Source: Candidatus Latescibacterota bacterium (GTDB lineage: Bacteria > Latescibacterota > UBA2968 > UBA8231). Taken from it: a stretch of DNA of 64,000 nt. How positions within the stretch are numbered: position 1 is the first letter of the stretch; each line of letters opens with the position of its first letter. The stretch covers positions 3,680,001 to 3,744,000 of the forward strand of contig CBDETY010000003.1 of assembly GCA_965243025.1 (NCBI GenBank), read 5' to 3'. This document shows, piece by piece, positions 47,293-54,640 of the stretch. Position numbers and translations under genes: made by a program. Below the pieces are notes generated by a model. It ran no database searches. It had not been told where the DNA came from and was given only the letters and a program-made list of their open reading frames with translations.

Positions 47293-49218
47293 GTGAGGTC
47301 GCCGTTCAGTCTCACCGGGCTCGCCATCGGTACCGGGTTGAGCCTCGCCGTAGGAGTGCTGGCCCCGTACGGGCTGATGCTGCGCTACTGGCGCATGGGG
47401 TTCAACCCCTCTTCGCAGGGGGCCATCTTCCTCTTCTTCATCCTCGTCTTCGCCGTCAACGGGCTGGTCGGCCTGATCGGACGCCGCTTCGAGCTGTCGC
47501 GCGCCGACCTCGTGCTCGTCTACTGCATGCTGCTGATGGCGGTGACCCTGCCGACCTGGGGGCTGATGTTCTTCCTGATCGGCACCATGGTCTACCCCTA
47601 CTACTACGCCACCACCGAAAACCGCTACGCCGAGCTGTTTCACGACCTCATCCCCTCCTGGATCGTTCCCCAGGACGCCCGCGCCATCTCCCTGTATTAC
47701 GAGGGCCTCCCCAAGGGCGCCCCGATCCCCTGGGGGCCATGGCTCGAGCCGCTCGCCTGGTGGTTCCTCCTGATCATGGCGATCGGGTTCATGCTGATCT
47801 GCCTCAGCAGCATCCTCCATCGCCAGTGGTCGGTCCACGAACGCCTCACCTATCCGATGATGCAGCTTCCCCAGAGCATGATCGAGAAAGGGGAGGATCC
47901 CATGCAGCGGATCGCCCCCTTCTTCAAGGACCCGGCGATGTGGCTCGGCTTCGCTCTGCCGGTGATCTTCTTCAGCAGCGCCGGCCTCCATCACTTCTTC
48001 CCCGCTGTTCCCGACTTCCCATTCTTCCACGAGGGGTTCCGCTGGTTCCGCAACAGCGTCTCCCTGGTTTTCGCCTTCAGCTTCGCCTGGGTCGGGTTCT
48101 TCTACCTCGCCAATCTCGAGATAACCTTCAGCGTCTGGTTCTTCTACCTCTTCTGCAAGCTCGAGGAGGGGATCTTCAGGATTCTCGGGATCGCCAGCAC
48201 CGAGAAGCTCAGCTCCTACGAGTTCAGCCAGCCCGCCGACCTCACCCATCAGTCGACGGGGGCCGTGGTCGTGCTCGTGCTCTTCGCCCTGTGGACGGCG
48301 CGCTCCCACCTGCGGCAGGTCGCCCTGAAGCTGATCCGCCCGGCCGAGGGGATCGACGACGGCGAAGAGATGCTCGGTTACCGCGCCGCGGTGCTCGGTT
48401 TCGCCGGCAGCCTCGTCGTCGTCTGCGCCTGGCTGTGGCGCTCGGGGGTGCCGCTTCCGGTGGTGCCGGTCCTGGTGGGAATCAGCCTCGTCTTCTGGAT
48501 CCTCGTCGCCCGGGCGGCGTCCACCGCCGGGGTCGCCACGGTGCGCAGTCCGATCGTTCCGGCGTACTTCATCATATCGGCGCTGGGAGCGCCGCTGCTG
48601 GGCGCCAAGGGGCTCGTCGCCCTGAACTTCACCTTCATCTGGCAGGGGGAATCGCGCACCTCCCCGATGGTCGCCTGCGCCCACGGCCTCAAGCTCGCCG
48701 AGATGGTGCAGGGGTCGAAGAGGCTGCTGTTCTGGGGGCTGATGCTCGCCCTCGCCTGCAGCTTCTGCGCCTCGGCCTTCATGGTGCTGCGCATGTGCTA
48801 CACCTACGGGGCCATCAACCTCTACCACATCGACTGGGCCGGCGCCCACGGGTGGCCCAACATGGCGCGCTCGATCACCGAGCTGCCAGGGGCCGACCTC
48901 CGGGGCTGGGTGTTCAAGGGGATCGGAGCGTTCGTCGAAGGGCTCCTGGTCTGGGCCCAGCAGCGCTGGTTCTGGTGGCCGCTGCACCCGCTCGGGTTCG
49001 CCATCGGGGTCGGCTGGCTCACCGGCCACATCTGGTTTTCGGCGATGGTCTCGTGGGGGCTGAAGCTGACCATCCTGCACTACTGGGGCGCCTCGATGTT
49101 CCAGCGCCTCAAACCCTTCTTCCTCGGGATGATCGTCGGGGAGTGCTGTGTCAACGGCGGCTGGGGGTTCCTGTTCTGGCTGCTCGGGGAGCAGGCGAAG
49201 ATCCTGACCTTCATGTAG
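47293..49218 (+). CDS. DUF6785/DUF6784-like polytopic membrane protein (possible transporter)
   Basis: 641 aa paralog of 31571-33463 (RQWSVHERLTYPMMQLP, LEITFSVWFFYL, WWPLHPLG, KPFFLGMIVG). 1 bp after the CRTAC1 stop. Confidence 0.78.
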   Translation: MRSPFSLTGLAIGTGLSLAVGVLAPYGLMLRYWRMGFNPSSQGAIFLFFILVFAVNGLVGLIGRRFELSRADLVLVYCMLLMAVTLPTWGLMFFLIGTMVYPYYYATTENRYAELFHDLIPSWIVPQDARAISLYYEGLPKGAPIPWGPWLEPLAWWFLLIMAIGFMLICLSSILHRQWSVHERLTYPMMQLPQSMIEKGEDPMQRIAPFFKDPAMWLGFALPVIFFSSAGLHHFFPAVPDFPFFHEGFRWFRNSVSLVFAFSFAWVGFFYLANLEITFSVWFFYLFCKLEEGIFRILGIASTEKLSSYEFSQPADLTHQSTGAVVVLVLFALWTARSHLRQVALKLIRPAEGIDDGEEMLGYRAAVLGFAGSLVVVCAWLWRSGVPLPVVPVLVGISLVFWILVARAASTAGVATVRSPIVPAYFIISALGAPLLGAKGLVALNFTFIWQGESRTSPMVACAHGLKLAEMVQGSKRLLFWGLMLALACSFCASAFMVLRMCYTYGAINLYHIDWAGAHGWPNMARSITELPGADLRGWVFKGIGAFVEGLLVWAQQRWFWWPLHPLGFAIGVGWLTGHIWFSAMVSWGLKLTILHYWGASMFQRLKPFFLGMIVGECCVNGGWGFLFWLLGEQAKILTFM

Positions 49219-49236
49219 CAGCGCGGCGAGCGCCGG

Positions 49237-50718
49237 CTACTCCGTCGTGTAGTAGCCGTAGAAGATCATCATCTCGTCCTCGCTGAGCAGGCCGTACCCC
49301 AACTCGCGGTCGGTCTGGTTGTCGTAGGTCGCCGAGAGCCTCAGCCCCTGCCCCGCCTCGATCACCAGCGGCGTGTCGAGCCTCAGGATGGGCGGATGCT
49401 CCCAGTCGTAGGAGACGTACACGAGCTCGCCGTCGCGCGGCCCCCCGATCATCTCGGCGCGGAACTCCACCATGTGCTGGTGGGCGTGGGAGAACATCTG
49501 GAAGACGAGGCGGCGCTCGTCGAAGATCCGCTCGTCGATCAGCGTCGTGACCTGCTTCGGGGGCAGGCTGATGTCGCTGTTGCTCAGCGAGAAGATCTCG
49601 ACTTCCCTCTCGACCTCGGCTGGATCGAGGGTATGCAGGTTGATGTAGATCTCCCCCTTGGCCCCCTCGACGCTGCCTGCCGTGTAGTGGCTGTCGAGAT
49701 CGAGTCCCTCCCCGGCGGGAAGGCGCAGCGCCGCTCCCGGGGGAAAGTGCAGATCGACGCGGGGCCACTGGCTGATCGCGATCGGCACGTGGTAGGGCAT
49801 GGTCACCATGTTCAACGGGATGTAGCCCCCCCGGTCGCGGATGTCGCGGAAGACGAAAGGCTCGGGGAAGGCCTCGGGGAGGATGTTCTCCCGCAGGGTG
49901 TAGAGGCCGAAGTGGTGGCTGCCCTCGCTGGCGGCGATCTCGATGCGGCTGATGAAGATGTCCTCGTCGTTGTCGAGCGGGTCGTAGGAGAAGAACTCGC
50001 GCTCGTATTCGGTGGGGACGTCGAACGGCCCGAGGTGGAGCTGGAGGCCCCGGGCCGGCGGCGGCAGCGGCGCGAACGGCAGCGCCTCCCAGCGCTCCTC
50101 GTCCTCGAGCAGGGCGGGATCTGCGACCACCCCCTCCCTCGGGGCGCCGGCGACGATCCAGCGGCGTATGAACTCGATCTCGCCGTTGGTCAGCGGCTTT
50201 CCCCCGGGCGGCATCAGGGCGCCGTAGAACGGGTGGTCGGCGTAGAAGTGGGCCTCGTTGGGGGCGTTGATCTTCTCCCAGAGGAAGCTGCGGTAGAGAC
50301 CGGCGAGGCCCTGGTCGCTGACCAGAAGGAGGTTGTCGCCGGCAGCGGCCTGGTTGTTGGGGACCCTGTTGAACAGCTGCTCCCAGGCGACGTCCGGCGT
50401 CAGCACGAGGCCGGACTGGCGGGCGAACGAGGTGCCCGCGGCGTGGCAGCCGGCGCAGTTGGCCGCGAGGATGTCGTCGCGGATGATCTCCCAGGTCGCG
50501 ACCTCCCCGGGAGAGTGGGGCGGCTCGCCGCCGCAGCCCGCCAGCGCCAGGCAGAGGGCGAGCGCCCGGAACGACCGGGGAAGCAGGCCGGTCCCGGGAA
50601 CGCACCGCGGGGGATCCGGACGTCCGCCCGGGCGCCCCGATGCGGGGCGGCGCCGGGCCGGGAGAGCTGCCTTCCGGCCGGTTTCCGGGGCCCTCAGAAA
50701 TCCCGCGTGAAGCCGCAT
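49237..50718 (-). CDS. Lipoprotein: c-type cytochrome fused to a copper type II (PHM/DBH-like) monooxygenase domain
   Basis: Lipobox LAGC; CAGCH; MPPGG...IRRWIVAGA; SHHFGLY; DSHY; SHAHQHM; EDEMMIFY. The true start is probably nearer 50590. Confidence 0.72.
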   Translation of the reverse strand: MRLHAGFLRAPETGRKAALPARRRPASGRPGGRPDPPRCVPGTGLLPRSFRALALCLALAGCGGEPPHSPGEVATWEIIRDDILAANCAGCHAAGTSFARQSGLVLTPDVAWEQLFNRVPNNQAAAGDNLLLVSDQGLAGLYRSFLWEKINAPNEAHFYADHPFYGALMPPGGKPLTNGEIEFIRRWIVAGAPREGVVADPALLEDEERWEALPFAPLPPPARGLQLHLGPFDVPTEYEREFFSYDPLDNDEDIFISRIEIAASEGSHHFGLYTLRENILPEAFPEPFVFRDIRDRGGYIPLNMVTMPYHVPIAISQWPRVDLHFPPGAALRLPAGEGLDLDSHYTAGSVEGAKGEIYINLHTLDPAEVEREVEIFSLSNSDISLPPKQVTTLIDERIFDERRLVFQMFSHAHQHMVEFRAEMIGGPRDGELVYVSYDWEHPPILRLDTPLVIEAGQGLRLSATYDNQTDRELGYGLLSEDEMMIFYGYYTTE

Positions 50719-51491
50719 GTCCAGCCGCCGTCGACGACGACGGTGTGGCCGTTGATGTAGGAGGCCATGTCCGAGGCGAGGAACAGCGCCGCGTTGGCGA
50801 TGTCCTCCACCTGGCCGGGGCGGCCGCTCGGCACGAACGAGAGCAGCTGCCTGCCCTTCTCGTTGTAGCTGCCGTCGTCGCGGTAGAAGAGGGTGCGGGT
50901 GGCGTCGGTAACCGTCGATCCGGGGGCTATGGCGTTGACGCGGATGCCGTGACGCCCCAGCTCGAGGGCCATGGCCTCGGCGAGGCTGATCACCGCGGCC
51001 TTGCCGACGACGTGGCCGATCTGGTTGCGGATCGGCACCATGCCGGCGATCGAGGCGATGTTGATGATCGATCCCGACTTCTGCCCGATCATGCGCAGGG
51101 CGGCGTACTTGGAGCAGTAGTAGGTGCCGTTGATGTCGACGTCCATCATCCTGACGAAGAGGTCGTCGTCGTATTCCTCGACGGTGCGGCGCTCACCCGG
51201 CTTCGACGGGTTGTAGGCGGCGTTGTTGACGAGGATGTCGATGCGGCCTGCCCGCGCCGCGGCATGATCGATCATCGCCCGCACCTCGTCGAGGCGGCTG
51301 ATGTCGCAGTGCACGTACGACGCCGCGTCTCCGAGGCCGGCGGCCGTCTCCTCCCCCACCTCGTCGAGGATGTCGCCGATGACGACGGTGGCCCCGTGGG
51401 CGACGAAGTCCTCGGCGATCTTCCTGCCGATGCCGCGGGCGGCCCCCGTGATCACGGCGACGCGGTCCTTTAGGTCGAGTCTGTTGTCCAC
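50694..51491 (-). CDS. Short-chain dehydrogenase/reductase (SDR)
   Basis: TGAARGIG; NNA; NIASIAG; HVVGK in place of YxxxK; IRVNAIAPG; VDGG. Confidence 0.92.
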   Translation of the reverse strand: MDNRLDLKDRVAVITGAARGIGRKIAEDFVAHGATVVIGDILDEVGEETAAGLGDAASYVHCDISRLDEVRAMIDHAAARAGRIDILVNNAAYNPSKPGERRTVEEYDDDLFVRMMDVDINGTYYCSKYAALRMIGQKSGSIINIASIAGMVPIRNQIGHVVGKAAVISLAEAMALELGRHGIRVNAIAPGSTVTDATRTLFYRDDGSYNEKGRQLLSFVPSGRPGQVEDIANAALFLASDMASYINGHTVVVDGGWTCGFTRDF

Positions 51492-51592
51492 GATCCGCTC
51501 TCCTGAAATCGGCGGCTTTCCCGAAGCCGCGCCTGCTTTCGGACTCTCCCACTATTGCACCATATTTCCGCCCTCTTGGCAAGGAGGAGCCC

Positions 51593-52390
51593 ATGCTGAC
51601 CCCCGAACAGAAACGGTATTTCGAGACCTTCGGTTTTCTCGTCCTGCGCCGGGTGTTCGAAAGCCGGGAGATCGACGAGCTGCGCGGCGAGTCGGAGCGC
51701 CTGCTCGCCGCCAACCGCGAAGGGCGGCCGTTCGACGGCAGCAGGCGGCAGGCGATGATCCCCTTCTTCGAGTACAGCCCCCGCCTGCGCGACTTCATCG
51801 AGGACGACCGCATCTGGGCGATCGGGGAGGACCTGCTGGGACCTGAGTTCCACCTGAACGCGACCGAGGCCAACCTGCACGTCGGCGACACGAAGTGGCA
51901 CGGGGGGGGACCCGAGCCGGACCGGCTGCCCTCGATCAAGATCGCCTTCTACCTCGAGCCGACGACCCGGGACACCGGCGCGGTGCGCCTGATCCCGGGG
52001 TCGAACAACCCGGAGTACAGGCGGTATCTCCAGGTCCTCAACGAGCAGGGTGAAGACCTCTCGGAGCAGCCGTTGGGGGTTTCCGCCCCCGACCTGCCCT
52101 GCCACGTCGCCGAGACCGAGCCGGGCGACCTCGTCGTCTTCCCTGAGAGCACCTGGCACGGAGCCTTCGGCGGCGCCCCCGGGCGCAGCCAGCACGCCAT
52201 CAACTTCACGAAGAATCCCGGGAACGAGGAGGAGCGCGCCTGGCTCAGGAGCAACTACGAGAGCTGGCTCTACTCCCTGCACCCGGTACCCGAGCTGATC
52301 GAGAGCGACCGCCCGCGTCTGCGCAGGCTCGTCGCCCCCCTGGTGGAGATGGGGTTCGGGTCCCCGGAGCCGACCCCCATCTTCGAATAA
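51593..52390 (+). CDS. Phytanoyl-CoA dioxygenase (PhyH) family Fe(II)/2OG enzyme with HxG motif
   Basis: RBS AAGGAGGAG; FETFGFLVLR; GDTKWHGG; IKIAFYL; GAVRLIPGS; PGDLVVF...WHG...R. Confidence 0.88.
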   Translation: MLTPEQKRYFETFGFLVLRRVFESREIDELRGESERLLAANREGRPFDGSRRQAMIPFFEYSPRLRDFIEDDRIWAIGEDLLGPEFHLNATEANLHVGDTKWHGGGPEPDRLPSIKIAFYLEPTTRDTGAVRLIPGSNNPEYRRYLQVLNEQGEDLSEQPLGVSAPDLPCHVAETEPGDLVVFPESTWHGAFGGAPGRSQHAINFTKNPGNEEERAWLRSNYESWLYSLHPVPELIESDRPRLRRLVAPLVEMGFGSPEPTPIFE

Positions 52391-52411
52391 CCCCTTCCTG
52401 GAGCAGCAGAG

Positions 52412-53674
52412 ATGAGGATCACCGAGATCGAAGCGATACCCCTGCGCCTGCCGTACGAAGCCCGCATCCGCAAGCGCTACCACCACTTCTCCATGTCGGA
52501 GGAGGTGACGGTCTACAAGTTCCACACCGACGCCGGGCTCACCGGCCTCGGGGAGAACCCGGGGCCGCCGTTCGCGCAGGAGCTGCTCGACCCCTACCTC
52601 GGCAGCGACCCCTTCGACCACGTGATGAGCACCGGCCGCTTCAACCTCGACATGGCCTGCTACGACCTCATGGGAAAGCAGCTCGGCATCCCCGCCTGGA
52701 AGCTGCTCGGGCAGCAGCGGCGGCAATGGGTGAGCATGGGCTGGTGGATGCCCTGCATGTCCCCGGAGGATTCGGCCGCCGAAGTGGAGGAGGCCGCCTC
52801 ACTCGGGTACCGGGGCCTCAAGTGCAAGGCGCGCCCCTTCTACGACGTCGTCGAGCAGGCGCGGGCGATGCAGGAGGCCGCGCCCCCGGACTTCCGCGTC
52901 GAGTTCGACTTCAACGGCGCCCTGATCAACGTCGAGAAGGCCCTGCCGGTGCTGCGGGAGCTGGAGAACATCCCGGTGGTCAAGGGGGTGGAGGAGCCGA
53001 TCTTCGCCCACGACGTCGAGGGCTGGCGGCGGCTCCACCGGCAGGTCCGCATCCCCTTCTACCTGCACGGGGTCGGCACCGTTCTCGACGGGCCCTCGCG
53101 GCAGCCGTCGGGGCCCTGGCTCGGCCTGCGCGCCGGCGACTTCGACGGCGCCCTGTGCAGCCACGAGAACATCCGCAACGCCATGGCCGCTTCCTGGACC
53201 TTCGCCTCGGCCAACACCCCGATCCTGCTGCAGTACGTCGGCACCGGCATCACCGCGGCCTTCGCCTGCCAGCTCGGCGCCGTCATGCACACGGCGATGC
53301 TGCCCGGCGTCACCACCAGCCACGCCTACGAGGACGACCTGATCACAGAGGCGCACAGCGTGCAGCGCGGCTTCATGAAGGTTCCCGAAGGTCCCGGCCT
53401 CGGGGTCGAGCTCGACGAGGACGCGGTTGCACGCTACCGCGGCACCCCGGTCCCGGAGTGGCCGCGCTGGGTCTCGGTGGTCTCGTTCCCCGGCGGCCTC
53501 AGGCATTACTACCGCGACCTGCGGCAGGCCGAGGGGCTGATGAAGCTCGGCGTCGACGAGGCCTTCGCCCCGGGGGTGCGCCTCGACGAGTGGGAGGACG
53601 ACGGCAGCGACGCCTTCGACCGCGCCTGGAGGCAGCTCAGGGAGCGGGACGAGCCGATCTGGGAAACGGAGTAG
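52412..53674 (+). CDS. Mandelate racemase/muconate lactonizing (enolase superfamily) enzyme
   Basis: MRITEIE; TDAGLTGLGE; DMACYDLMGK...WKLLG; KCK; DFN; EEP; VPEGPGLGVELD. Confidence 0.9.
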   Translation: MRITEIEAIPLRLPYEARIRKRYHHFSMSEEVTVYKFHTDAGLTGLGENPGPPFAQELLDPYLGSDPFDHVMSTGRFNLDMACYDLMGKQLGIPAWKLLGQQRRQWVSMGWWMPCMSPEDSAAEVEEAASLGYRGLKCKARPFYDVVEQARAMQEAAPPDFRVEFDFNGALINVEKALPVLRELENIPVVKGVEEPIFAHDVEGWRRLHRQVRIPFYLHGVGTVLDGPSRQPSGPWLGLRAGDFDGALCSHENIRNAMAASWTFASANTPILLQYVGTGITAAFACQLGAVMHTAMLPGVTTSHAYEDDLITEAHSVQRGFMKVPEGPGLGVELDEDAVARYRGTPVPEWPRWVSVVSFPGGLRHYYRDLRQAEGLMKLGVDEAFAPGVRLDEWEDDGSDAFDRAWRQLRERDEPIWETE

Positions 53675-53678
53675 GTAC

Positions 53679-54539
53679 CTACGACCCGGCGCTGGCGAAC
53701 TGCCCCATCTGGTCGAGATTCTCCCTGCCGGTCCGCTGCGCCCTCCTGAGATCGTTTTCGGTGACGGTCAGGTAGTCGCTGGTCTGCCCGCTCTGCCTGA
53801 TGAACGGCTCGGCGTACCCCGTGCGCCCGAACCAGCCGTGGTACCCGGCGAACGACTCGATCCGCTTGCGCGAGAACTGCGGGCCGTGCCCCTGGGTTTC
53901 GTACAGGGCCTCGGCCTCGATCCGCCGCGCCACCTGGTCGGAGATGTCGACGAACAGGTCGATGTCCGTCCAGCCGAACTCGACCCCGATGTAGTAGACC
54001 TGGGCAACCTGGTGCAGTGAGCGCTCCCGGCGCTTGTCGGGCTGGGCGGCGCGCGCCATCGCCTGCTGGACGAGCTGGCCCGCGAGCGGGTGGTCGGCGT
54101 CCCACAGGCTGAACATGTTCCTGTGGGGGTAGTTGTAGGGGGCGTGGGTGATGACGATGTGAGGGCGGATCTCGTAGAAGATGTCGGTCAGGGCCTCGAT
54201 CAGCTGCGGCGACGATTCGAGGGGGTGGTCGGCGAACGGCAGGACGCGGGCGTCCACGATCCCGAACAGGGCGCAGACCCGCTGCAGCTCTTCCCGCTTG
54301 CGCTCCGCCTGCTCGCCGCGGGGACGCTCGAGGATCTCGGCGCGGCGTTCCCCGGCGGGCTTGCGCATCTCGTCCTCGAGCTCCTCGTCGTGGGTGGTGA
54401 CGCCGTCGCTCAGGGATACCACGGTGACGCTGTCCCCGCGCTCGACGTGGTGGGCCGAGGTCCCCAGGGTGTAGGTCACGTCGTGCGGGTGGGCGGTGAT
54501 CGTCAGCAGGCGCAGGGCGGTCGGTCCGTCATCGTTCAT
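53679..54539 (-). CDS. PIG-L/LmbE family deacetylase
   Basis: Start MNDDG at 54539 (RBS AGGAG). AHPHD; SDG; RPHIVITH; DH; FVDISD; YETQ; YAEPF. Confidence 0.85.
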   Translation of the reverse strand: MNDDGPTALRLLTITAHPHDVTYTLGTSAHHVERGDSVTVVSLSDGVTTHDEELEDEMRKPAGERRAEILERPRGEQAERKREELQRVCALFGIVDARVLPFADHPLESSPQLIEALTDIFYEIRPHIVITHAPYNYPHRNMFSLWDADHPLAGQLVQQAMARAAQPDKRRERSLHQVAQVYYIGVEFGWTDIDLFVDISDQVARRIEAEALYETQGHGPQFSRKRIESFAGYHGWFGRTGYAEPFIRQSGQTSDYLTVTENDLRRAQRTGRENLDQMGQFASAGS

Positions 54540-54640
54540 TTGTGGTTCTCCTGTGGTTGCTCCGCTCAGGCGGCCGGTGATGGTGAATCGTTTACGGGCC
54601 AGGGGGGCCGCCATTTCCCTGCCGGGGGGCGACCTGGGGG

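Noticed and set aside
51902-51909. G8 tract as a phase-variation switch
   Set aside because: It is short, in frame and unremarkable in GC-rich DNA; there is no evidence of length variation without reads.
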